From Nitrospirota bacterium (lineage in GTDB: Bacteria > Nitrospirota > UBA9217): a stretch of 64,000 bases of DNA. Made by a program: the position numbers and the translations under genes. The DNA is taken from positions 1-64,000 of the forward strand of contig JAOUEV010000009.1 in the NCBI GenBank assembly GCA_029858565.1, in the 5' to 3' direction. The notes under the pieces are model-generated. The model did no database searches. It had not been told where the DNA came from and saw nothing but the letters and a program-made list of their open reading frames with translations. Below, piece after piece: positions 30,591-39,211 of this stretch; the first letter of the stretch is position 1, and every line of letters starts with the position of its first letter.

Positions 30591-30683
30591 CGATCGCACC
30601 TGCGCGTTTACGGCAGTGCTCCCGGCTTGTCCGGGGCCTGCTCGAGATAGTGACAACAACCCACATTAGGAACGGAGATATTC

Positions 30684-31283
30684 ATGGGGATCTATACAAT
30701 CGGGATAACTGGCGCCAGCGGATCGGCCTATGCATTGCGGCTCTTGCAGATACTGGTCCAGGGGGGACATAATATCTATCTCTGCATCTCCGGGGACGGG
30801 CTCAAGATCATGAATGATGAGTCCGGGATCCTGCTCAAGGGATCGGAAACGGACATCCAATATGCCTTTGAGCGGCATCTGGACGCCAAGGATGGCCAGA
30901 TCCGCTATTTCGACGAGGAGAATATGTATACCCCGATCGCCAGCGGTTCCACGCATGTGGATGCCATGGTGGTCGTGCCCTGCTCCATGAAGGCCCTTGG
31001 CTCCATCGCGAACGGCATCGCGTCCAACCTTATCGAACGGGCAGCGGATGTCACGATCAAGGAAAAACGCAAGCTCATCATGGTCCCGAGGGAAACGCCG
31101 CTTTCGGCTATCCATCTCAGGAATATGCTGACCCTGGCTGAGCTGGGGTGTCACATGGTCCCGGCTATGCCCGGCTTCTATCACCATCCGAAACATTTGC
31201 AGGACATCGTTGATTTTGTCGTGGGAAGGGTGCTGGATACGATGGGGATCGAGAACGAGATATCGCCGAGATGGGGACTGTAA
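30684..31283 (+). CDS. ubiX: Flavin prenyltransferase UbiX
   Basis: GITGASG, IASGS, PCSM, RAADVTIKEKR, PRETP. Confidence 0.93.
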   Translation: MGIYTIGITGASGSAYALRLLQILVQGGHNIYLCISGDGLKIMNDESGILLKGSETDIQYAFERHLDAKDGQIRYFDEENMYTPIASGSTHVDAMVVVPCSMKALGSIANGIASNLIERAADVTIKEKRKLIMVPRETPLSAIHLRNMLTLAELGCHMVPAMPGFYHHPKHLQDIVDFVVGRVLDTMGIENEISPRWGL

Positions 31284-31739
31284 TTACGCGTTATACTCCG
31301 TTCCTCCGCCTTCGCCGAGGTTCTTCATCCACTGGTCAATAGTGGACTGGTCCTGCTTGGCAAGGACCTCCTCCTGCACGAAGATGGGCGCGCTCATGCG
31401 TATGGCGAGGGCGATCGCGTCGCTGGGACGGGAATCGATATGGAACTCCTTGCCGTTCTGGAGCAGGTAGAGCGAAGCATAGAAGGTATTCTCGATGAGA
31501 TCGCTCACCACGATCCTGGCGACCTCGATTTCCAGGCGGTCGAAGATCGAAGCGATCAGATCATGGGTGAGAGGGCGGCTCGCCTTCATGTTGCTCATGG
31601 CAAGGGCGATCGAGTTCCCTTCCGCGGCGCCGATCCAGATCGGGAGAATCTTTTTGCCGGTCTCATCCTTCAGCACAACTATATAGCTGCTGTTCTTGCT
31701 GTCGAAAAGGACCGTATTGACGGTCATCTGTATCCACAT
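31284..31739 (-). CDS. Bifunctional nuclease family protein (DUF151)
   Basis: LPIWIG, RPLTHDL, DSRPSDAIALA. Confidence 0.92.
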   Translation of the reverse strand: MWIQMTVNTVLFDSKNSSYIVVLKDETGKKILPIWIGAAEGNSIALAMSNMKASRPLTHDLIASIFDRLEIEVARIVVSDLIENTFYASLYLLQNGKEFHIDSRPSDAIALAIRMSAPIFVQEEVLAKQDQSTIDQWMKNLGEGGGTEYNA

Positions 31740-31839
31740 GTTCTTTCCCGCCTATTGATTTACATTACCACACTCCCCATACCATGTAAACCCTGATATT
31801 GCCGCGACGGTCCCGGACGGGCAGATGATCCGGCGGATA

Positions 31840-31864
31840 ATACTTGACAAAATTAGTCAGGTTT
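31840..31864 (+). promoter_or_regulatory. IscR type-1-like operator overlapping a -35 box
   Basis: ATACTTGACAAAATTAGTCAGGTTT, close to the IscR type-1 consensus ATASYYGACTRWWWYAGTCRRSTAT; contains TTGACA. Confidence 0.7.
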
Positions 31865-31905
31865 GTTAAGTTACGTTTATGCAAGAGGCTTGTCCGGGAT
31901 AGGTC

Positions 31906-32379
31906 ATGAAACTGTCGACAAAAGGAAAATACGGTGTCCGGGCTCTTTTTGAGATAGCGCGCCAGTACGGTCAGGGGCCGCTCTCCATTAAAGAGATATC
32001 GGAACGTCAGAAGATATCCCTTTCCTATCTGGAGCAGATTCTGCATCGACTGGGAAAAGCCGGCATCATTGAGAGCGTGCGGGGGCCTCACGGCGGATAT
32101 GTTCTTGCCCGGCGACCCGCCGAGGTTACGATCGGCGACGTTGTACGTGCGCTCGAGGGACCTATTGCCCTGTCCCATTGCCTCGAGCCCGGGTTCGGAT
32201 CGGAGTGTTATCAAGCCGATGACTGCGTGGCCCGGATGGTCTGGACCAAGGTGGGGGAAAAGATAGAAGAAGCGCTGGACAGCATCAGTTTTGAGCATCT
32301 CCTGCAGCAATACCACGGCAAGGATCGGGAACTGGTTCCAGGAAAAAAACGGGCCGTGGCAGGGAAAGGGGCATGTTGA
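31906..32379 (+). CDS. iscR: Rrf2-family Fe-S regulator, IscR-like
   Basis: STKGKYG, SYLEQI, SVRGPHGGY, three Cys (HC..EC..DC). Confidence 0.85.
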   Translation: MKLSTKGKYGVRALFEIARQYGQGPLSIKEISERQKISLSYLEQILHRLGKAGIIESVRGPHGGYVLARRPAEVTIGDVVRALEGPIALSHCLEPGFGSECYQADDCVARMVWTKVGEKIEEALDSISFEHLLQQYHGKDRELVPGKKRAVAGKGAC

Positions 32380-32381
32380 TC

Positions 32382-33566
32382 ATGCGAAAAGTATACCTCG
32401 ATCATGCGGCCACAACGCCGGCGCATCCCAAAGTGGTGGAGGCGATGCTGCCCTACTTTACCGGAAAGTTCGGAAACCCCTCGAACCTGCACGATCCGGG
32501 ACGGGAAGCCAAGAACGCGGTTGAAGATGCCCGTGCCAAAACAGCGGCATTGATCAATGCAAGACCGGAGGAGATATTCTTCACCTCCAGCGGCACGGAG
32601 TCGAACAACTTCGCGATCAAGGGTCTTGCCCAGGCGAATAGTCAGAAGGGCAATCATATCATAGTATCTCAGGTGGAACATTTCTCCGTGCTCCATCCGG
32701 TCAAGACTCTTGAAAAGGCGGGATTCAAGGTCACCTCCATCTCACCTGACAAGGAAGGATTTATCGATCCGGCGGAAGTTGCGAAGGCTATCACCAAGGA
32801 GACCGTCCTCGTCTCGATCATGCATTCCAACAATGAGATAGGAACGCTCCAGCCTATTGAAGAGATCGGCAAGATCACCAGGGAAAAGGGCGTTCTGTTC
32901 CATACCGATGCTGTTGCGTCGGTCGGTTGGGTTCCGGTGGATGTCGCGGCCCTTGGCGTGGATGCACTTTCGCTATCCGCCCATCAATTTTACGGTCCCA
33001 AGGGCGCGGCTGCGTTGTTTGTCCGGAAGGGCGTGCGGATCAAACCGCAGATCGAAGGGGGCGTTCAGGAGGACGGCAGGCGGGGCGGGACGGAGAACGT
33101 TCCCGCTCTTGTTGGCCTTGGCAAGGCTGCTGAGATCGCCGCGGTGGATCTTCCCGCAAGGATGAAGCAGATTTCCTCACTTCGGGACAAACTGTTAACG
33201 GGGATGGGTGAGCGAATTCCCGATATGATCGTTAACGGCCACCCGACACGAAGGCTTCCGAATAATGTCAACGTATCCTTCCTTTACGTGGAAGGGGAGT
33301 CCATGCTGCTTTTTTTGAACATGGACGGAATTTACGTATCGAGCGGATCGGCGTGCACCTCCCGGTCGCTCAAGTCTTCTCATGTGCTGTCATGCATCGG
33401 CACGGACGCAGCCGCGGCGAACGGCACACTGCTCATGACCCTGGGCACCGGGACCTCGGGTGAGGACATTGATTATGTCCTGGAAAAGCTGCCGCCCATT
33501 GTGCAGCGTCTGCGCGAGATGTCGCCGCTCTATGAAGATGTGGTGAAAAAACGGAAAACTTCCTGA
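32382..33566 (+). CDS. iscS: Cysteine desulfurase IscS/NifS (alternative start 32373)
   Basis: YLDHAATTP, GNPS, NNEIG, HTDAV, SSGSACTS; the usual PLP Lys motif reads SAHQFYGPKG. Confidence 0.9.
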   Translation: MRKVYLDHAATTPAHPKVVEAMLPYFTGKFGNPSNLHDPGREAKNAVEDARAKTAALINARPEEIFFTSSGTESNNFAIKGLAQANSQKGNHIIVSQVEHFSVLHPVKTLEKAGFKVTSISPDKEGFIDPAEVAKAITKETVLVSIMHSNNEIGTLQPIEEIGKITREKGVLFHTDAVASVGWVPVDVAALGVDALSLSAHQFYGPKGAAALFVRKGVRIKPQIEGGVQEDGRRGGTENVPALVGLGKAAEIAAVDLPARMKQISSLRDKLLTGMGERIPDMIVNGHPTRRLPNNVNVSFLYVEGESMLLFLNMDGIYVSSGSACTSRSLKSSHVLSCIGTDAAAANGTLLMTLGTGTSGEDIDYVLEKLPPIVQRLREMSPLYEDVVKKRKTS

Positions 33567-33576
33567 GGAGGGGAAT

Positions 33577-34005
33577 ATGGAACAGTATAGTTCGAAAGTG
33601 ATGGAACATTTCGCTCAACCGCACAACGTGGGCGAGATCGAGAATGCCGACGGGGTGGGGACCGTGGGAAATCCCGTATGCGGCGATGTGATGCGCCTGT
33701 ATATCAAAGTGGACAATAACACGATCACGGACGCCAAGTTCAAGACCTTTGGATGCGGCGCGGCCATTGCGACGAGCAGCATGGTCACGGACCTGGTGAA
33801 AGGCAAAACGATCGATGAGGCGCTCCAGATATCGAATGCCGCGGTCGCCGAGGCCTTGGGCGGGCTTCCCAAGGTAAAGATGCACTGCTCGGTCCTGGCC
33901 GAGGAAGCGCTCAAGTCCGCGTTGGACGATTACTACAAGAAAAAAGGCATTCCGTCGCCGGTGAAGATGCCGGCCGAGAGCGGCCATGAGCATGAGATGG
34001 AGTAG
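33577..34005 (+). CDS. iscU: Fe-S cluster scaffold IscU/NifU-N
   Basis: GNPVCGD, FKTFGCGAAIA, KMHCSVLA. Confidence 0.93.
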   Translation: MEQYSSKVMEHFAQPHNVGEIENADGVGTVGNPVCGDVMRLYIKVDNNTITDAKFKTFGCGAAIATSSMVTDLVKGKTIDEALQISNAAVAEALGGLPKVKMHCSVLAEEALKSALDDYYKKKGIPSPVKMPAESGHEHEME

Positions 34006-34041
34006 TTCGATTGCGGATTTCAGATTGCGGATTTCGGATTG
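34006..34041. repeat. Heptamer-periodic tandem repeat
   Basis: GATTGCG-GATTTCA-GATTGCG-GATTTCG-GATTG. Confidence 0.7.
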
Positions 34042-34090
34042 AACGTCGAGAGATCCTGCAAAGATAATTCGGATAATCGGAGAAATCCCC

Positions 34091-34333
34091 ATGGACGTGA
34101 AGGACATTAAACCGGATGAAGTGCTGGACTGCGTGGGGCTGGCCTGCCCTATGCCGATCTTCAAGACCGCGAACCGGATCAAGGAAATGCAGCCGGGCCA
34201 GGTCCTGGAGGTGCAGTCGGACGACGACGGCATCAAGAAGGACATGCCCGCATGGTGCAACAAGACAGGCCATGAGTTCCTCGGCCTTGAGCAGCAGGGC
34301 GAGGAGTACCGCGTGTTCGTGCGAAAAAAGTAG
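34091..34333 (+). CDS. tusA: Sulfurtransferase TusA family
   Basis: LDCVGLACPMP, DMPAWC. Confidence 0.88.
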   Translation: MDVKDIKPDEVLDCVGLACPMPIFKTANRIKEMQPGQVLEVQSDDDGIKKDMPAWCNKTGHEFLGLEQQGEEYRVFVRKK

Positions 34334-34490
34334 CAGGGAACGGACAAATCCAATAAAATCAATACCCGGCACGCACAATGTCGGGTATTGCTGTTTCAGG
34401 GGGGGAATTAGCTGTTGATTTTCCCCTGGACCGCGGTTAATATATGCCAGTTTTATGCAACACCCATTTTGTTGAAGGAGGACTAGCAGC

Positions 34491-34676
34491 ATGATCATGG
34501 TGAACATCGACCTTGCCAAATGTGATGGGGACGGCACCTGCGCGAACCTTTGCCCGCAGGCGGTCTTCAAGGTCAATAACGGCAAGGCTGAAGCGGTCAA
34601 TATGGCCGAGTGCATCAACTGCCAGACCTGCGTGGAGAACTGCCCGCAGAGCTGCATTACCGTCACCGAGATGTAA
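34491..34676 (+). CDS. 4Fe-4S/3Fe-4S dicluster ferredoxin
   Basis: CDGDGTCANLCP and CINCQTCVENCP; AAGGAGG RBS. Confidence 0.9.
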   Translation: MIMVNIDLAKCDGDGTCANLCPQAVFKVNNGKAEAVNMAECINCQTCVENCPQSCITVTEM

Positions 34677-34696
34677 TCATCCGAGAACGGCAAACT

Positions 34697-34737
34697 AAAA
34701 AGGGACCGGTTCAATGAACCGGTCCCTTTTCTTTTTT
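34697..34737. terminator. Bidirectional Rho-independent terminator
   Basis: AAAAGGGACCGGTTCA-A-TGAACCGGTCCCTTTT then T-run. Confidence 0.85.
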
Positions 34738-34753
34738 CATGGGTTGCACAAAT

Positions 34754-35533
34754 CTACTTTGGCTTGTCCTGGGGCATGGAGAAGGCCCGCAGCAGGTCGA
34801 TCGGCAGCGGGAAAACGATGGTGGTGTTCTTCTCGGTCCCGATCTCGGTCAGGGTCTGCAGGTACCGAAGCTGGAGCGCGGTCGGGTCCTTGCTGATGAT
34901 CGCCGCGGCCTCGCCCAGCTTGGTGGATGCCTGGAGTTCTCCTTCGGCGTGGATGATCTTGGCCCGACGTTCCCGCTCGGCCTGGGCCTGGATGGCCATG
35001 GCCCGCTGCATCTCCACGGGCAGGTCCACGTTCTTCACTTCCACTGCCGTGACCTTCACACCCCAGGGTTCCGTCTGATCGTCGATCACCTTCTGGAGCT
35101 CGGCGTTGATCGCCTCGCGGTTCTAGAGCAGGTCGTCCAGGGAGTTCTGGCCCAGGATGCTCCGGAGCGTGGTCTGGGAGATCTGGGATGTGGCGTAGAA
35201 ATAATCCTCCACCTCGATGATCGCCTTGCGCGGATCAATGACACGGAAGTAAATGACCGCGTTCACCTTGACCGTCACGTTGTCCTTGGTCACCACGTCT
35301 TGCGACGGCACGTCCATGGTCACGGTCCGGAGGCCGACGCGCACCATTTTCTGGATGCCTGGAAGCAGGATTATGAGCCCGGGGCCTTTGACGCCTCCCA
35401 CATCGGGAACACGCCCGAGGGTGAAGATGACCCCGCGCTCGTACTGTTTCAGGATCTTGAGCGTGTTGAACAGGAACCATGCAACGATGAAAACAAAGAT
35501 CATGAAACCAAGACCAAATGCCTGTGCGCCCAT
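34754..35533 (-). pseudogene. Slipin/SPFH (stomatin-like) gene with in-frame TAG at 35123-35125
   Basis: Two ORFs in the same frame join as ..[27 protein letters not shown]..; SPFH motifs on both sides; adjacent to nfeD. Confidence 0.85.
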
Positions 35534-35608
35534 AACCAACCTCCCTGGTGTCGTGATACCGCGAATCTCAAGGAAACCGATGCCTGACGGTCGCCCCGGT
35601 TCCGTGGG

Positions 35609-36964
35609 TTACTTCTGAGATCGTGTTACCTTCAGCCGAAGACCATCCACTGCGACGACCGAGACCTTCTCGCCCTTCATGATCGATTCGTCGCTCCAGG
35701 CGTTCCAGTACTCGCCGCGCACGAATATCTGTCCCCTGTCGTTTTCGCTGATGTTCGTTCTCGCCTCGCCGATCAGGCCGACAAGACCCTCCTTGCCCGT
35801 GTCAACCTTGGACCGCTGCGCGCGGATGGCCACGGTCAGCGTCACAATGAACAGGAGCGCTGATGCCGCAACAACGGGGGCGATGACGGTCCAGGATATC
35901 TGGAGCGCCGGTTCAGGCGAGTCGATCAGCATCATGGAACCGAATGCCATGGCAATGGCTCCTCCCACGCCGAGCACGCCATGGCTGGTGATAAAGGCTT
36001 CGGCAATGAACAGGACGATACCCAGTATGATGAGCATGAGTCCGGCATAGTTGATCGGCAGGGTCTGGAGCGCGTAAAAAGCCAGGATCAGCAGGATCGC
36101 TCCTACCACGCCCGGGAAGATGGCGCCGGGATTGGAGAGCTCGAAATAGAGGCCGTAAAAGCCGAGGATCATCAGGATATAGGCGATATTCGGATTGCTG
36201 ATGATGCCCAGGATCCTGTGGCGGAAACTCATATCGTATGTTTTTACAGTTGCAGAGGACGTATGCAGGGTTTTCTTCCCCATGACCGTGTCTACGGTCT
36301 TCCCGTCTATCTTGGCGAGGAGTGTCTGGATGTCCGGCGCAATAAGATCTACCACTTTGAGCTTGAGCGCCTCGGTCTCGGTCGCGGAAACGGCCTTGCG
36401 CACCGCTTCCTCGGCCCATGCGGCGTTCCTGTGACGTTTTTCCGCGATGCCCCGAACCATGGCGGCAAGATCATTGGTGATCTTCTTTGCCATGGTCTCG
36501 TCCATCTTCCCTTCCATCTGGACCGGTGACGCGGAGCCGATCCGCGTGTTCGGCGCCATGGCCGCGATGTTCGCGGTCAGGGTGATGAAGACCCCTGCGG
36601 AGGCGGCACGTGAACCGTCGGGGGCCACATAGACCACCGTAGGAACCTCAGCGGCCAGCATCTTCTTTACGATCTCCCGTGTTGATTCTACCAGGCCGCC
36701 CGGGGTGTCCATCTGGATGATCAGGGCTTCGGCTTTCATTTCCGTAGCTCTATCAATGGATTTTATAATGTATTCAGCGATCACCGGAGTAATGGGATCG
36801 TCGATCCTGATCAGGAGAACAAAAGGTTTCGGCGTTTCTGATTGAACGGTCGTGGTCGGTTTGCTGTCTTCCTGTTCCGGAGCGGACAGGAGCATTCCTG
36901 CCGTGCCGGTCAATGCCAGGAGCAGGAAAAGTGAAAGAGCTATCCAGCGGCCAAATGTTCGCAT
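35609..36964 (-). CDS. nfeD: NfeD membrane-bound ClpP-class serine protease
   Basis: MDTPGG, AASAG, AAMAPNTRIGSASP, TM region, RGEYWNA OB-fold. Confidence 0.92.
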   Translation of the reverse strand: MRTFGRWIALSLFLLLALTGTAGMLLSAPEQEDSKPTTTVQSETPKPFVLLIRIDDPITPVIAEYIIKSIDRATEMKAEALIIQMDTPGGLVESTREIVKKMLAAEVPTVVYVAPDGSRAASAGVFITLTANIAAMAPNTRIGSASPVQMEGKMDETMAKKITNDLAAMVRGIAEKRHRNAAWAEEAVRKAVSATETEALKLKVVDLIAPDIQTLLAKIDGKTVDTVMGKKTLHTSSATVKTYDMSFRHRILGIISNPNIAYILMILGFYGLYFELSNPGAIFPGVVGAILLILAFYALQTLPINYAGLMLIILGIVLFIAEAFITSHGVLGVGGAIAMAFGSMMLIDSPEPALQISWTVIAPVVAASALLFIVTLTVAIRAQRSKVDTGKEGLVGLIGEARTNISENDRGQIFVRGEYWNAWSDESIMKGEKVSVVAVDGLRLKVTRSQK

Positions 36965-37121
36965 GGGAAATAGGGTCTCCTAGGGGTGGGCGGGGATGAC
37001 AACCGTGCGACTCTACGACAAAATTATAACGGTTAGACGCCGCGCTGTCAAGAAAGGTACCCACGGGGAACAATGCTTGACTTGAACGGTCTTTTTCTGT
37101 AGCATCGTTCCACGGATCATT

Positions 37122-37676
37122 ATGCGAGTTACCGGAGGAACAGGAAGAGGAAAGCGGCTGAGGGTCCCGGCGGGAGACCGCGTCCGTCCCACATCTGACA
37201 AGGTCAAGCAGGCCCTGTTCAATATCCTGGGGGACCGGGTCACGGGAACGGCGTTCCTCGATCTTTTTGCGGGCGCCGGCGGAGTGGGTATTGAGGCGTT
37301 GAGCCGGGGAGCCAGCCGCGTGGTGTTCGTGGACGACGACCGGAAATCGCTCAAAGTGATCCGGCTGAACGTCGAGGATTCGGGGTTCGGGGATCGGGCC
37401 GAGGTCATTGCGGCCAAGGCCGAATCCTTTATCAGGAAATCGGAGGAACGGTTCGCTGTTATTTTCCTGGACCCGCCGTACAGCCTTGAGATCAGGCCTC
37501 TGCTGGAGCAGATCGCTGATTCGGACCTGCTGGAGCCTGATGCTGTCGTGGTCGCAGAGCATTTCAAGAAGCAGTCGTCGCCAGCGCAGGCGGGAATGCT
37601 CACCCGATATCGCGAAGCTGTGTATGGCGATACGGTGCTGGCATTCTATAAAAAAGAAACAGGCGGTAAGGGGTAA
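37122..37676 (+). CDS. rsmD: 16S rRNA m2G966 methyltransferase RsmD
   Basis: RPTSDKVKQALFN, LDLFAGAG..GIEALSRGA, FLDPPY. Confidence 0.93.
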   Translation: MRVTGGTGRGKRLRVPAGDRVRPTSDKVKQALFNILGDRVTGTAFLDLFAGAGGVGIEALSRGASRVVFVDDDRKSLKVIRLNVEDSGFGDRAEVIAAKAESFIRKSEERFAVIFLDPPYSLEIRPLLEQIADSDLLEPDAVVVAEHFKKQSSPAQAGMLTRYREAVYGDTVLAFYKKETGGKG

Positions 37677-37700
37677 AGGGTGAGGGGTGAGGAGTGAGGA
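37664..37700. repeat. Heptamer tandem repeat overlapping the rsmD stop
   Basis: GGTAAGG-GGTAAAG-GGTGAGG-GGTGAGG-AGTGAGG. Confidence 0.7.
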
Positions 37701-37766
37701 GCAAAACCGCGCCGTCCTCGCGAACTTCACGCTGTTCAGACTATCTAAGCCTTTGGAGGGCCAGCA

Positions 37767-38273
37767 ATGAAACGCATAGCCGTTTATCCCGGAACCTTTG
37801 ATCCGGTAACCTATGGTCATGTTGACCTGACCGAGCGGAGCCTTCGCATGTTCGATAAGGTGATCATTGCGATCGCGGCCAATCCCAAGAAGGCGCCGCT
37901 GTTCACCCTGGAAGAGCGTATAGACATGTTCCGGCGTGCCATTGGCAAGAAACATAATGTGGAGATCGAGGGATTCGATTGTCTTCTTGTTGATTATATG
38001 AAGCGGAAGAGGGCGGTTGGCCTGATCAGGGGTCTCCGTGCCGTGTCCGATTTCGAGTATGAACTTCAGATGGCCCTGATGAACCGGAGACTTGACAGCT
38101 CTGTGGAGACCGTGTTCCTGATGCCGAGCGAGGAGTATTCCTTTATTACCTCGACGATCGTGAAGGAGGCGGCGAGCTATGGCGGCGATGTTTCGAGCCT
38201 CGTGCCGAAGACCGTGGTTGAGAAGTTGAAGCGGAAGTTCGGGAACAAGCAGAAGTGCTCAGCCGGATCATGA
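37767..38273 (+). CDS. coaD: Phosphopantetheine adenylyltransferase
   Basis: YPGTFDPVTYGH, RGLRAVSDFEYE. Confidence 0.96.
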   Translation: MKRIAVYPGTFDPVTYGHVDLTERSLRMFDKVIIAIAANPKKAPLFTLEERIDMFRRAIGKKHNVEIEGFDCLLVDYMKRKRAVGLIRGLRAVSDFEYELQMALMNRRLDSSVETVFLMPSEEYSFITSTIVKEAASYGGDVSSLVPKTVVEKLKRKFGNKQKCSAGS

Positions 38274-39089
38274 TCCTGAAGAGCGCTGGCGCAGCGCTTC
38301 GTAGAGAAATACAGCTACCGACGTCGCCGCATTCAAGGACTCGATGGTCTCTGCCATGGGGATGCGGACCCGGTGATCGGCTTGAGAGGTGATTTTTTCC
38401 GGCAATCCAGCCCCTTCCTGTCCAACGATCACCACCAGCGGCTTTCTCATATCTAATTCATAATGCGTTATCCCACCACCAAGGGTCATTGCAGCTGTTT
38501 GGAGTCCATTATCGGCGCATTTCTTGACAAAAAGCTCTACATCTCCCACTTTTACCACTGGTAGTCGAAGAATACTGCCCATGGATGCGCGTAAGGTCTT
38601 TGGGTTATATGCATCAACAGTATTTCCGGCAATTGCTACGCCCGATGCACCGGCTGCTTCCGCTGTTCTTAAGATCGTGCCGAGGTTCCCGGGATCCTGA
38701 AGCTGGTGGCACAGGACAATGAGCTTTGAGCTATGGGCAATGAGCTGTTCTTCCGTATGAGCCGGCATCTCCACAAGGGCCATTACCGGCTGGGGTGTTT
38801 TGCTGTCGCTCAGCTGGTCCATCAGGCGGTCCGAGATCCAGAGCAGAGGAACACCGCTCTTTTCCGCCAGATTGATCACTCCCTTGCCATGATGTTGGGT
38901 CAGCGAGGTCGCGGCAATGACCTGTCGCACCCCGGTCTTATCACGTAGCGCTTCCTCGACCATCTTGACGCCTTCGATCAGGAAAGCCTGCTCCTTTTTC
39001 CGGACCTTGGCATCGGATAAGGAAGCGAGGAACTTATATGCTTTATTCTCTTTGCTGCTGAGCGGAGTATGAGGGGACGTGCGATCCAT
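38268..39089 (-). CDS. TrmH/SpoU family RNA methyltransferase
   Basis: QDPGNLGTILRTA, GQEGAGL, IPM..ESLNAA. Confidence 0.92.
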   Translation of the reverse strand: MDRTSPHTPLSSKENKAYKFLASLSDAKVRKKEQAFLIEGVKMVEEALRDKTGVRQVIAATSLTQHHGKGVINLAEKSGVPLLWISDRLMDQLSDSKTPQPVMALVEMPAHTEEQLIAHSSKLIVLCHQLQDPGNLGTILRTAEAAGASGVAIAGNTVDAYNPKTLRASMGSILRLPVVKVGDVELFVKKCADNGLQTAAMTLGGGITHYELDMRKPLVVIVGQEGAGLPEKITSQADHRVRIPMAETIESLNAATSVAVFLYEALRQRSSGS

Positions 39090-39146
39090 GGGCAGGAGTA
39101 TACCATGGCAGGCATGCAGGGGAAATGGGAAAATGGGATTATTTTA

Positions 39147-39174
39147 TTGACTTTTTCCATGTATACGATATACT
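39147..39174 (+). promoter_or_regulatory. Candidate sigma70 promoter for argS
   Basis: TTGACT-16nt-TATACT. Confidence 0.55.
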
Positions 39175-39211
39175 GACACGCTTGTAACGTGCGGAGAATA
39201 TACGGAAATCA

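Noticed and set aside
34754-35533. Genome-wide TAG recoding or pyrrolysine
   Set aside because: TAG is the natural stop of many intact genes here (atpB, ruvB, nifD, the cytochrome) and no pyl genes are in the window.
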